Shown here: piece after piece, positions 13,632 through 26,993 of the stretch
How positions within the stretch are numbered: position 1 is the stretch's first letter
Layout: each line of letters opens with the position of its first letter
Source: Takakia lepidozioides
Taxonomy: Eukaryota; Plantae; Bryophyta
Reading direction: 5' to 3'
NCBI GenBank assembly: GCA_030704615.1
Contig: CM060733.1
Coordinates: forward strand, 49,290,001-49,354,000
Length of the DNA: 64,000 nt
Made by a program: the position numbers and the translations under genes
The notes under the pieces: model-generated
Told to the model about the DNA's origin: nothing
Seen by the model: only the letters and a program-made list of their open reading frames with translations
The model's database searches: none

Positions 13632-14115
13632 AGCTTCAAAGCTATAGCATTGATGGTTTGTCCCGTCGAGACGCCCGTTACTCAGAACGACGCCGACTCT
13701 TGCGCTTAATTTCCCTCCAATTTCTTGATCCCTTCTCTGGCTTTCTATTGGCTGTAACCGCTGTGACTGGATTTTAGATTTAATTTTCTTTAGTGGACTT
13801 TCCCTGCTGGACTGTCCACTAGGATAACACATGTGACAAGAATTTCGCTTTTCTGTACTTGCCGTTTGTTCTGTTGCCCCTTTTCTGTATTCATTAATGG
13901 GCCCGCCATTCATCCAATTTGACGCCTGATTAGGTATTTTGACGGCCATTCTTGTCCTCTTTCTTGATGACATCCGTTCTTGCACTTCCTTCTCAGCTGT
14001 GTGTTGCGCCTTGACTTCCACGTGTCCCTTTTAAACTGGCTTCCGTCCTTTCTTCCGCCGGCCATTTCCTGAAGTTATCCGTCCCACCTGTCACTGATTC
14101 TATGGATTGTGTAAC

Positions 14116-17100
14116 CTAGTAGGCTGTGTTAGCTGTGACAGGCTGTGTCATACTGTGGTATGCCGTGATAGGCTGTGATACACTGTGGTAAGCTGTGATA
14201 GGCTGTGTGTGGTAGGTTGTGATAGGCTGTGTTGCGCCCTGGGCTGTGCTGTGATGGGCTGTGATAGGCTGTGATATGCTCGGCCTAGCGACAAGTGCTC
14301 CATACTCCGTTGGTAACACTGGCGCAGCCCGTGACTGCTTTTGCGTTTCAACATGCAAATCATGCTGCAATGGTTTGTCATGGATACCACTGTACCCCTT
14401 CAACTTATTGCATTGACTCTTCCCAGCATCTCTTTGTTAATGGTTTGTAACATGGCGGTGTTGTTATCATACATCTTTTGTATGACATAAGGTCCTTTCC
14501 ATGGTGATTTAAGCTTAGAAGCTTTAATCTTTCCCTTCTTCTGCAACCATAGAACCAAATCTCCCGTCTTAAAAGTCTTTAACTTGCCTTCATCAAACTG
14601 TTCCTTCCTCTTCATCTGAATTCTGGTCATATTATCAGCTGCATCAGCACGTACTTCTTCCACATGGTATAATTCATGTTTCCTGACCTTAATGGAATCT
14701 TGCAATTCCATTCTCTTTCCCCATTCCGTTCTCATGGTAGGTAACAGGAATTCCACTGGAAGTAAGGCTTCCATACCATAAACTAATTGGAATGGTGTAT
14801 ACTTAGTGGTGACTTTATATGAAGTCCTGTATGACCACAAAGCTGTCAGCAGCTTTGTATCCCAATCCGTTCTGTTTGCATTGACTATCTTAGCCAAGAT
14901 AGTACATAGTATTTTGTTGGTAGCCTCTGCCTGCCCATTACCCTGTGGGTAATATGTTGTACTCTTCCTATGCACAATCATGAACTCTTTAGTCAACAAT
15001 TCAATGGTCTCATTAATGAGTGACTTCCCTGATCACTGATAAATTCCAAGGGACAGCCAAATCGTGTAAGTATGTTCTCATACAGAAACCTTGCTGTGGA
15101 CTTGGCTGTGTTTGTCCCTCAAAGCTTTAGCTTCCACCCACTTCGTAGTATAATCAGTGGCTGTAATTATGTACCTGTTCTGTGTATTCTTGGCTGGTGG
15201 GTTAATTGGTCCAACAAAGTCTAGTCCCCATTTCTGAAATGGTTCCGTAGGCATTGTAGGATGCAAAGCCATTTTCCCAGATCTCTGCAAAGGTCCTAGC
15301 CTCTGACATTCATCACAACTCTGACAATACTTGTGTACATCTTTGAACAAAGTAGGCCACCAGTAACCTGCATGTAGTATTTTCCTGCTGGTAGTCTCTT
15401 CTCCAAAATGACCTCCTGCCACTCCTTTATGAACTTCCTCCAAAACTTTATTACTTCATGGTGGTATAAGCATCGCTTCAGCACTCCATCTGGTCCTAGC
15501 TTATACATTCTGCTCCTACCATAGTGTAAGGTAGAGCCTTGATAGCAATTCTCTTTCTCTGCTCCTTTCCATAACTTGGTGGGCACTGACCATGAGCAAG
15601 GTAGTATCTGATTGGCCACTGCCAATCTAACCAGTCATCTGCACTTCCTGCACCTCCACTGCAAATAGACTCGCATCTGGTAATTGATCATCTACTCCGT
15701 GGCTGGTTCTCCTGTTGATAACCGTGACAAGTGATCCGCCACAAGATGCAGTCTCCCAGGCTTGTAAACAACCTCGAACTCAAACTCGTGCAAGATTATC
15801 AACCATCTTGCTATTCTTCCGCTTATCAGAGGTTTGTTTACCAGGTATATCAGAGCCTGGTGATCCACATAGAACATAAACTTCTTGCCCAACAGGTAAT
15901 GCCTGAATTTCTTCACTGCATAGATCATTGCCAATGCTTCTCTTTCCGTTGTGCTATAATTTCTTTCGGCATTGTTCATCAATCGGCTAGCATAGTACAC
16001 AGGTGAATCTATCCTTCCTGTACATTTGGGCTAACGCTCCTTCTGAAGCATCACAGTGAACATGAAATATTTCTGCCAGTGAGGATTAATCAGCACAGGT
16101 GTAGTTGTTACTGACAATGTAAGTTCCTCAAAAGCCTGTTGACATTCAGGTGTCCATGCAAACACTGCATCTTTCTTCAGAAGTTTGCTCAATGGTGCTG
16201 CTATCTGTGCATACCGTCTGACAAATCTTCTGTAATAGCTGGTTTGTCCAAGGAATCTCCTTAGACTCTTAACATTCACTGGTGGTGGAGAGGCTTTAAT
16301 GGCCTCTGTGGGATCCACAAGAAGTCCCCTCTTACACACAATGTGTCCCAGAAGCACCCCTGAGTTCACACAGAAAGTACACTTCTCTGGATTCAGGCCC
16401 AGACCTCTCATCCTGCATCTGGCCAATAACTCCAATTTATGCAAGTGCTCATTCTTAGAGCTGTACACACTGAAATCATCCAAGAACACCTGCATGAAAT
16501 CATCCAGATACTCATGAAAAGATTCACTTATCACTCTCTGAAAGGTCGCTGGTGCATTACAAAGTCCAAAGGGCATGACTTTGTATGCATAAGCACCCCC
16601 AGTCTGTGATGAAAGCTTTTTTCCTTGGTCTTCTTCTGCCACTTGCACTTGATTATAACCACTGAAGCCATCCATGAATGAGTACATCTCATGGCCTGCC
16701 ACAGTGTCCAATACTGCTTCTGTGAATGGCAAAGGGAAAGGATCTTTCTTCGTACAAGCATTCAGCTTCTTGTAGTTCACACAAACTCTTAGTTTACCAT
16801 TCTTCTTGGGAACTATCACAATGGGTGACAACCAAGTTGTATACTCTATTGGGTATATAAACTTAGCCTCAGCCAACTTCTTGATCTCTTCTCCAACCTT
16901 CTGTGCGTAGTTGGGATTCATTCTGTACCTTGCCTGCTTGATTGGTACTGACCCTGGTTCCAGTTCAATCTTATGCTGACAGATTTCAGGTGGTATCCCT
17001 TTTATCCTCATAGCTCCAAGCAAATACATCTCTGTATTTGATGAACAAACTCTTAGCTTCTTCAAAGAATTCTGGCTCCAAATCAGCTCCTACCTTCACC

Positions 17101-20100
17101 ATCCTCGGTTCCTCTTTAGTTCCCACATTCACTTCCCTCACTTGCTCATCAGCTGTGATTGTCCAACCAGTCACCACTTCATCCTGTAACTCACAGTGGC
17201 TGGTTCCTCTAGGATTTCCATTTCTCCTTCTTTTTCTTCATAGAAATGTGATGGGTAACTGCTGGTTTCCTCTTCAATTGGTGTTGCTGACACTACACCA
17301 CAGCAGATACCCTTAAACAACTTAGGCCTTCCAGCCGCATCTCTGCAACCTGCTCCCACTCTGGGTGTGCAGCAAACAGGGTAGCTTCCTGCTCCTCATC
17401 CAGTCCTCCTCTCCTCCAGTCATACTCTCTGACTCCTCGAGGTCTTCTCGTAGCAGGTAATCTACTAGATTTCTTTGTGGTAATTTGTATCTCGTGTATC
17501 CCATTATGCACGGTTAGTAACTGAGAATTCCAGTCATGGAATACCCTGGCCTGTTTCAGCCACGGACGTCCCAATAATAAGGAGTAAGCCTCCATGACTT
17601 CATCCATCTTCAACACAGTTACTGTGATCATAAAGATCATCTTCTGTATCTGTATCTTAACTCCTCTTATTAATCCCAATGGCTGTACACTTCTTTGATC
17701 TGCCATTGTTACTGTAAATGGGGCTGGTTTCATGTTACTTAGACCAAGCTTCTTCTTAATTGGTCTGTCATGATATTTACTCCAGAACCTCCATCTATCA
17801 GTACATCAGTTAGTTCTGTGCTTCCAATTCTCAATTGGATTACTGGCATAGAATCATCAAAGTCCATGACTGTTTCTCGCCCTTCCGGCTTCACATTATA
17901 ACTGGTCACCTTGCTGTTCAGGTCTGTGTTTCCTGTCTCCTGGGCAATTCGATTGATTGCTTGATACAGCCTGTGCCTACAATAAGGTGCCACAGCCAAT
18001 AGCTGTCCAATGGTAATCTCTGCTTTGGTCTGGCATATTACTTCAGCCAAAGTCTCTTCATTACTTTGCATGTCTGCATCTTCTTTCTTCCTTTCATCCT
18101 CACACACTTCTTCTCCATCAGAATCAGAGGAATCTGCCACAGGAATATCAGTACTCTTCTGCATTTCCCTTATGGTATCTGCCACTTCCTTGTGCAGTTC
18201 CTTCTCATCTCTCCAAGCCTCATCATCTTCAGGCATATCACTGCACCTTCATTATCATCTCTTCCTCAACTACTGGAGGTATTAGTTTGGCTTTGCTTCT
18301 TGTTACTATCATTGTACTTACTTCTGGTACAACACATGGCCTAACCATGTGAGCTGCCACCACTGGGCCCTCATTCACAGGAGCTCTCATCTCATTCTGG
18401 TGTCTAATCCAGAATGAACAGGCTGCCTTGCGATGTCCTGGCTGATTACAATAGTAACATAGTTCTTCACCATTGGGTCCTCGCCCTTGGTCTGCTCTTG
18501 GATTATTTCTGTAATCCTGATTCCCGGCTGGTAATTCCCCCTTGGATTACCCTGATAGTTGCCTCTGGAATTTCCTTGGTAATTCCTCTTGAATTACCTC
18601 TCCCTTCCATGCCATTGTTATAACCACCAGACCTACCATAGTGGTCCTGATCATTGTTTCTTCTTGGCTGGGGCTGCACCTGATGCACCCTTACTTGCCT
18701 AGGTTCTCTTGCAGCTGTCCTTCTGTTGTAGTAACAATTCTCAGTAATGGTTATCCATTTTACAGATAGTACAGTGTTTCTCCTTCATGTGGCATTCTGT
18801 GGTGGTATGGCCTTCATTCTGGCACTTTGCACACCATACACCCTTCCTCCAATGTGTTGCAGCCTCTGTGGCATACTTCTTCAAGATTTCTTCCAATCTT
18901 TTCTCATAGTTATCCCTCTTCAACTTCTCTTTCTCTTACTCTTCCTTTTTAGTTCTTGCTCTTCTTCTTCATCTGACTCATCCTCAGAGTCCTCATCATC
19001 CCTTTTCTCTCTCCTGAGCATTCCCAATTGCTCAATTCTGTTGCAGTTTCAAATGCCTCCTCCACTGTATTATGGGGTAACATATCCACTTTCTTTTGCA
19101 ACTCTGGTCTTAGTCCACTCACAAACCAAGTCTTCTGTAAACCTGGTGCTGGTACTGCAGCCAGCTTTTTCATCATCAATTCCATCTTTTCCATATACTC
19201 CTCAACAGTTTCATGCTTCTTTTGCTTTAACTGTTGTAAACTTCCATACACTTCATCCTCAGTTTTACTTGTCCTGAACCTATTTCGGAATGCTGTATTC
19301 AAGCCATTCCAGGTTAGGAAATGATTATCAGGGAATCTTGCATACCATTCACTTGCTTTCTTGATAAGTGAACAAGGAAACAATCTCATCTTGGCATCAT
19401 CGCCATTCTCATTGTTCACTATACACATGTGCTCAAATTGGCTAATGTGTACATCGGGATCCCCTTTTCCTGAATATATTGGAAAAGGTGGTTTTGCCCG
19501 TGTTGGTTGTAACGCCATCTGTGGCCCTACCTTCTGCCCTGACAGGTGCTGGCACCCTTGCTGGTGCTGGTCCTTCTGGACCTGTTGTTGTTGTGGTGGA
19601 TCTTCCACCAAGTGGTGGCCCTTGAGCACTCCCTGCTTGGCCCCGATATTCACAGTATTCCCAGCTTCAGTTGCACTACTTCCCACACTCCCTGTCCCCC
19701 CAGAGCCAGATCCAGGCAGCCCGCCTGATCCCCCTGAGCCGACACCTTCGTTGGCCTGTGATCCAAGTGCTCCACTTGATCCAGGTCCAACGGGTTGGGA
19801 TGTCCTGGTTGTAGTCTCAACCTCAGCTGTTGGGTCTACTTCTTCATACTCTTCCTCTTCCAATTTCTTCTCTCTGTTTTCATCCTCCAAGTTCTGCCCT
19901 TGGGTTTCTTCTTCACTCATGTAACTCAACTGCAATGGTGTTGGAGAGTCTGAACTCTCCGTTGGCTCTGCCACATCCTCTCCTCCTTCTTCACCTTTCC
20001 GCTTCAGAAACTGGAGTTCCTGCTTTTGGTGTTCCATGCCAACTCTTATCAAAGATTTCTGTCAAATCTTTTATCCAGGGATGTACCTCAGATCTTTCAC

Positions 20101-20344
20101 CTCGTGATTGATCTTCTTCCCGTACCAATTCCCTTAATCTTTCTTGCAAAGAAAAAGAAGGAGTGGCATCCAACTCTAGTTCTTCCGGTATGGGTGATGT
20201 ACTCTCTGATCTTAATGGTGTGAGAGGTCCAGATGATTCCCCTATGTCTATTCCTCTCTCCCAAAGATATGGATAATTAGCTTTCAGATAGCTTTCTCTT
20301 TTTGCTGAATATCTCTGGCGTCTAGCTTCTCTTTCATCACTCAT
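14116..20344 (-). pseudogene. gag-pol: A2 gag-pol (gag, aspartic protease, RT, RNase H, integrase), frameshifted
   Basis: Protease VLIDGGSGVNIM; RT MPFGLCNAPATFQR and VFLDDF; RNase H EREALA and ADHLSRL; integrase GGHFG..CDECQR, WGLDF, GQAEATN and WKGPY. No additional RNase H and no chromodomain seen. Confidence 0.95.
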
Positions 20345-20946
20345 GTCCCATGTCTTTCATTTCTTTTTAATGTGGCAATAACCAAAACTCTCTTCTGTAA
20401 TATCTCTCGTATATGCCTGGGTTTTTTCAAGCTTCAATGCACCCTTGGCTATACTAAAGTCTCCGTTACCATATAACCATATGGCAAACAAGTCTGGAAA
20501 GCTGTTCTTGGTGTGAGTTTGATCCACAAAATATCCTTTGGAATCCAATTCTTTACCAGTACAAGCTCTTCATGCATATGAGTATAAACATTCACCTTTC
20601 TTTCCTCCCAGCCTTCAAACTCTACTCGCTTAATGGATAGCAATGCTATCACATAAACCAGTGTTGGTAACCAACGTGCTCTTCCTCTACAGGCCACCTG
20701 ATAAATCTTTATCACTCCTTTCTCCAGACCCCAGGGTCAGCATCATGCACTCTCTTAAGAATGTTTTCTTTACAACCGTCTGGCAATTCCAAAACCTCTG
20801 AAGAATCGTTTGGACAATCTTTCCTTCTCAGTTTCACAAGGAATTTGATTCACATCAAATTCTTTAATTCTCCAACCACCATGATCCCACCAGATGCCTG
20901 TCACATCTGGTTGTTCATGACCCAGTTCCCCAGTATGGTCGCCAAA

Positions 20947-21864
20947 TGTCGCGCGGCTTTTACTCACCCATCCCTTCGCTATCCGAGGCGGAAAACTCCA
21001 AGATAGAAGAGTTGGAAATCTCTAAGTACTCAGCCCGCTCAGAACAATCAGTCATGACCTACAGCTAGTGTCATGGGGGTGTTTCCTATTTGTTTTCCTT
21101 CCGCATTCATGTAGCTAGTTACCTTACTGTGGTAATTAAGTATCAGTTTGCTTCATCAATCTATCGGATTCCATCAACTCATCCATTCATTCCACAGCTT
21201 CACTCAGATCTCTCTACACAGTGTGAGTATGAAGTGTATCAGATTAATATCTATCAAGTATCAGGCTGAAGCCATGGAGTCTCTAATCTGCTCTACATAC
21301 AATTCTACTGCTGCATTCATTAAGCATCAACAGATCCTCCCCTACTCCCTGCTCTCCATCTTTCTGCTCAGAGATACGCTCTCTCTCCTCCTTCTCCCAG
21401 TGATGTCCGAAGTCTTCCCCCAAGAAGTGCTCCTCCCCTCCTTCCAAGTGATTCCCCCAAGTGCTCCAAGAATCATCCCCTTTCAGTCCTTGCTCCTTTT
21501 TCCTACCGTTGTTCTAACCGTTTCCTCACTAAACCGTCGTCCGTGAACTAACATGTTCCATTCGCAGGTGTTGTTCCCCACAGTCGTTCCATGTCCTGCT
21601 ATCCTGTCCCTATGGTCGTGACAGCTGTGTCAAGCTGTGACTGGCTGTGTGAAACTGTGACGGGATGTGACTGGCTGTGTGGCTGTGTCGGCTGTGACGG
21701 GCTGTGTTGGCTGTGATGGCTGTGTGTGGCTGTGACGAGCTTGTGTTGACTTTGTCTGGCTGTGTCGGCTGTGTGGGCTGTGACGGGCTATGTAACCCCC
21801 TCCTAAAGTGCGCTGCTATCACCCCTAAGGCTCCTGTGGTCTCATCTGTGCAAAATTAGGGTAC
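20947..21864 (-). repeat. Main part of A2 5' LTR (first 51 bp lie at 34065-34115)
   Basis: Homologous to the A LTR; split by B2 with GTAC duplicated. Confidence 0.92.
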
Positions 21865-23859
21865 TGTAGTTGAATGCAGGGAGTGACATTACATTTGTTT
21901 ACCGTAAGACCCTGCATCACTACAACGGGAGTGCCCGTTGTACAACTGCAGAAGGGATATATCCCTGCATATAGGTAATTTCATGGGCACACTGAGCTTA
22001 TGCTTTGCCAGGAGAAAAAATGGCTAAGTCATGACAGTGCGTATTTTCATCCACGCGCATGAACGTTTTCATCACTGGTGCTTAACCTAAAATCACGGGT
22101 TGAGGGGTGACGTCGTAGCAGCTGCTGCGAGCAGTGGTGTTGGCAATGGCCAGCCTGTGTTGGGAGGTGTACCTACGTTGTGGGACTCTGCTTGGTTTTG
22201 AGAGCGGCATTAAGTGCTTCTGCTTGGTATTATGTGTAAGGGAAAGCGGTGCCGCTTCTCTCGTATTGATGATCAATTCCTGGAGTAGGAGCATGTAAGA
22301 AGAGCGGCGCACCACCGCTGTTGCCATTGCCTTGAAGACAACAGTTATGGGCAGATGAGCAAGCAAGGAAAACGGCCAGCTGCCGGAAGCACAAGGAATG
22401 AGGTGGGCACAATCAATGGAGGGGATGAGGCATGTGAAGTGCTGGCTTGTATATCATCTCAGGTTCTCTGTCATCAAGCTTCTAGCTGCTTTTGGTGTCT
22501 TCTTGTTATAGGACCAGGTCAATTCGTAGAAAGAATTGCATAGAGTAATTTAGTTGACAAGCCACAGGATGTTCCAAGGGATGAAGAGGAGCCATCATGG
22601 CATGATAAAGACTGGAATCAAGACAAGGAGAAAAGGTTTAAGTGGCTGCTGACAGGCGATGGCGAGGTGCCACCTTGACAGGCAGACCCACCGCTTCACT
22701 AGAGGATAAAAACAGATAAGTCTGTAGACTGGGGGCTTCTTTTGGGGAGAAACTTAGAAATTGCTTTTTGTAGATTTAGGACTGCATCTTGGTAGAAGAG
22801 AAAAGGTGGAGACATGTGATAAGGAAAGCTTTTTGGAAATGGAATGGAGACTCTGGACTTCAAACCAGAACATGGAAATGATGGATGCACCGATGTTGTG
22901 GTGTCAGTAAGAGAAATGAGTGAAGAGAGAGAGAGAGAGACTGTTTGTCACTGAAATCAGAATGGTCACTGTTGTCTTCATTCTTGCATCTTGTTTCAGT
23001 GTTATAAACCTGCACACAATGCTGCCGTGGGTAGTGATGCACTGGAACCAATGTAGATCTAGCTTGTTTGCTTGGAGAGATCAAATGAGGGTTAGCTGGA
23101 ACTGTTGAAAACATAGAAAGGATAAGGTGATTTCAGTATGGTGTTCGGATATGAACAACTGCGTTTCACAGTTGAAGGGAAAAGAGGGATGTTGGGGTAT
23201 TTGGTTGAAACTTGAAGAAGGGATGAGAGCTGTTTGGGCAATGGGTTCTTTGGAAAAAGGTAGTGTGAAGGGCTGAACATTGACAGAGAGAGAGAGAAAC
23301 AGAGAAAAAAGGACAAGAGGGAGAGAGGGAGAGAGAGACTGATGAATGGATGGTTGTGTCTTGAGAGACCGAGGATGACTTCAAGGCTGGCTACACTGGA
23401 TGCTTGGCAGAGTGTGCATTTGCATTACATGATAGATGTGCTGCTGTGAAGAAGTGAGGAGCCTGTAGACATAGACAGAGATAGAGAAACAGACGAAAAA
23501 GGGAAAAGAGAGAGAGAGAGAGAGAGAGAGAGAAAACGGGATTTGGGAAATGAGAGAGCTGCTCAGCAAAAGGGCTGATGGGGGGGGGATGGCCAATTTG
23601 GGGAGATGAGATGAAGAAAACCTGAACCCTGAAAGAAACCAGTGCCTCTGCAGGTCAAGAAGATCTGAGCTGCCTTCTCCTAAATCGGGGGCTGCTATTT
23701 CATGAGCGGCATGAGCATGAGCGGAAAAAAAAAAAAATCCATGAGCAGACCATTGTTAAGTCCACGGAAATAGGGTTAGGAGGCACGGAAATAGGGTCAT
23801 GTGAAGTTGGAATGTGGCACCAGTGGACTTGAAATGCAACATTTTATTGCATTTACTTG

Positions 23860-25033
23860 CCGAAAATGGCTAAGTCCCAGATCTGACTAGGCCGGGAACT
23901 GGAAAAATGACGCCGAATTTCCGATTTTGGTGCCAGTCAGATCTGGGACTTAGCCATTTTAGGCCCCGAACTAAAACAATGGCGTTTTTTTTTTTTTTCG
24001 GTGTCATTTTACTAGTTCGGGGCCTAAAATGGCTAAGTCCCAGATCTGACTGGGCCCGGAACTGGAAAAATGGCGCCGAATTTCCGATTTTGGTGCCAGC
24101 CACCCTAGGGACTTAGCCATTTTCGGCCCTGAAAGTACCCACTGGCTATGCCTCTGCTTTCAAAAAACATGTGGTCAAACAAAAGTTGAGCCAATTGAAG
24201 TCGCTCTAGTACTTGAGATGGAGAGTGGGTGAGGTGGTCTGTATGTGGAGTCTTTTAGCAAAGGTGCCATTGGCTTGACTTTATAACGTGATAGAATGGT
24301 TTCTCCTCTTTTCACCATTTCCGTATCACTAGAAGAAGACCTGCTTACATCTATAAGTGCAAGGTGTTAGCATAGTTAACACTTGTGTGTGGAGAGAGCT
24401 TGATAGATAGCTCTTAAGTTACAAGCTGTTGCAGGGTTTGCAAGAAGAAAGTCTTGTGGTTTATGTACAAGAGGAGGTCTTCAAGAAGAGCATCATTGAA
24501 AGTTTGAGAGCTTGTGAAGAAGCTCTTGTTCTGCAAGTGTTGTAGGGTTTGAGGAGTTCAAGAAGAGCTCGGGTGTTAAGGAAGCAAGTGGTGCATGTGT
24601 GGAGTATGGTTTCAGCTTGTGGGAGTCTTCAACTTCCATTTTTCCAGTTCGGCCGAAAATGGCTAAGTTCCAGATCTGATAGGGCGCGGAACTGGAAAAA
24701 TGGTGTCGAATTTCCAGTTGCGGTTCCAGCCATCGTAGGGACTTAGCTATTTTCGGGGCCCGGAACTGGAAAAATGGCGCCATTTTTCCATTTCGGGGCC
24801 GAAAATGGCTAAGTCCCAGATCTGACTGGGCCCCGAACTGGAAAAATGGCGCCGAATTTCCGATTTTGGGTGCCAGTCAGATCTGGGACTTAGCCGTTTT
24901 CGGCCCCGAACTGGAAAAATGGCGTTTTTTTTTTTTTTTTTTTTGGCGCCATTTTTCCATTTCGGGGCCGAAAATGGCTAAGTCCCAGATCTGACTTGCA
25001 CCAAAATCGGAAATTCGGCGCCATTTTTCCAGT
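23860..25033. repeat. MULE subterminal repeat arrays in both orientations, interrupted by a unique segment at ~24130-24635
   Basis: Recurring AAAATGGCTAAGTCCCAGATCTGAC and GAACTGGAAAAATGGCGCC plus their reverse complements. Degenerate copies at 29100-29285. Confidence 0.9.
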
Positions 25034-25034
25034 T

Positions 25035-26047
25035 ATGCAGGTAATTCGAAGAGCGGATGGATGGAAATCCGGCGCCGGATTTCCATCCGCCAGCTAGGTC
25101 GGCGCGCAAAATTTCCGTCATGCAGGTAATTCGAAGAGCGGATGGATGGAAATCCGACACCGGATTTCCATCCGCAAGGTTGGTCGGAGAGCGGATGGAT
25201 GGAGATCCAGCACCGGATTTCCATCCTGCAGGTAAGTGGAATCCCGGATGGATGGAAATCCGGCACCGAATTTCCATCCTGTAGATAATTCGAATCCCAG
25301 ATGGATGGAAATTCGGCGCCGAATTTCCATCCTGCAGGTAATTCGAATCCCAGATGGATGGAAATTCGGCGCCGGATTTCCATCCAGCAGGTAAGTGGAA
25401 TCCTGGATGGATGGAAATTCGGCGCCGAATTTCCGTCCAGCAGGTAATTCGAATCCCGGATGGAGGGAAATTCGGCGCCGAATTTCCGTCCAGCAGGTAA
25501 TTCGAATCCCGGATGGACGGAAATTCGGCGCCGAATTTCCGTCCAGCAGGTAATTCGAATCCCGGATGGATGGAAATTCGGCGCCGAATTTCCATCCAGC
25601 AGGTTACTAGAATCCCGGATGCATCGAAATCCGGCGCCGAATTTCCATTCGCCAGGTATTTCATCGCTGAGAATTACCTTCCTGCAGGTAATTCTGAGCG
25701 AGGAATTACCTTCCTACCTTCGTCGATAAGAATTACCTGCAGGAAGGTAATTCATCGCTGAGAATTACCTGCAGGAAGGTAATTCTCAGCGATGAAATAC
25801 CTGGCGAATGGAATTCGGTGCCGAATATCCATACGCCAGCGATCCGACTTACCTGCTGGATGGAAATTCGGCGCCGGATTTCCATCCATCCGAGATTCAA
25901 CTTATCTGCTGGATGGAAATTCGGCGCCGAATTTCCATCCACCCGGGATTCTAATTACCTGCAGGATGGATATGCGGCGCCGGATTTCGATCGATCCGGG
26001 ATTTCAGTTACCTGCTGGATGGAAATTCGGCGCCGAATTTCCATCCG
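25035..26047. repeat. 53-bp tandem array with palindromic core, arranged as a large inverted repeat
   Basis: Unit GATGGATGGAAATTCGGCGCCGAATTTCCATCCWGCAGGTAATTCGAATCCCR (period 25300 to 25353). Orientation flips across the perfect arms 25651-25695 and 25761-25805. Confidence 0.92.
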
Positions 26048-26760
26048 GGGGCTGGTCTCTGTCGGAGAGGTGCCGGCCTCTCCGCCGCTCTGTTGGATAT
26101 TCGGTGCCGAATTTCCGTCCGGCGGTTGAAATATGACGGCCAGGTGCCGACCTCTCCCCCTCCCCAACCGCATTGGAACGGGCCCGGATTGAAATTCGCC
26201 GCCGTTTTCCCATCTGGGGAGGTTTTTATGTCGGCCAGTTTTCAGTCTGACACCCCGACAAGACTTCCTTGGGGGGGCCCGGATGGAAATTCGGCGCCGA
26301 ATCTCCATCCAAGGGATGCTCTCTATCGAACACGTGCCGACCTCTACGCCCGAGGCGACTTCATCCGGGCGTCCCCTGTTCGATATTCGGTGCCGAATTT
26401 CCGTCCGGGGGTTGAAATGTGACGGCCAAGTGCCGGCCTCTCCCCCTCCCCGACTGCATCCGAACCGCCCCGGATGGAAATTCGGCGCCGTTTTTCCATC
26501 TGGGGATGTTTTTATGCCGGCCAGTTTTCGGCCTGACCCCCCGACACGACTTCCTTTGGGGGGCCTGGATGGAAATTCGGCGCCGAATCTCCATCCAGGG
26601 GATGTTCTCTGTCGCACACGCGCCGGCCTCTGCGCCCGAGGCGACTTCATCCGGGCTTCCCCTGTTGGATATTGGGTGCCGAATTTCCATTCGGGGGTAG
26701 TAATGTGACGGCACGGTGCCGGCTTCTCCCCTTCAGCCGTCATCATCCGGACGGCCCCCC
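26018..26760. repeat. Higher-order repeat (~290 bp, three palindrome-plus-linker subunits, ~2.5 copies)
   Basis: The same palindromic core recurs every ~75-105 bp and the linkers repeat every third unit. Confidence 0.8.
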
Positions 26761-26993
26761 ACTTTCTGACTACATACCGTTGGCAGTTATTGCGCAAAGA
26801 CCAGGGGCCGCATTCCGGAGACAAGGTTCATTAACACTCTGACTGTGGATTTTTGAGATAGTTGGCTCCCTGGATTTGGATCAGGCTTCGTCGCTCGGAC
26901 AAATCGGCATCGCATTCATTCCCATCGCTGCACCCCCTTCTACCAGGGAGCTTCCCCGCACTCCATCCTGGGAGTCTTGTGTGCACATCTCCC

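Noticed and set aside
25035-26760. CRISPR-like array (palindromic repeats with intervening sequences)
   Set aside because: The linkers are themselves repeated (53-bp tandem, then every third unit), orientation flips, there are no cas genes, and the array lies inside a TIR/TSD-bounded eukaryotic transposon.
24978-26824. Several 100-290-aa ORFs with MEIRRRISI / DGNSAPNF repeats
   Set aside because: Translations of the palindromic tandem array on both strands.
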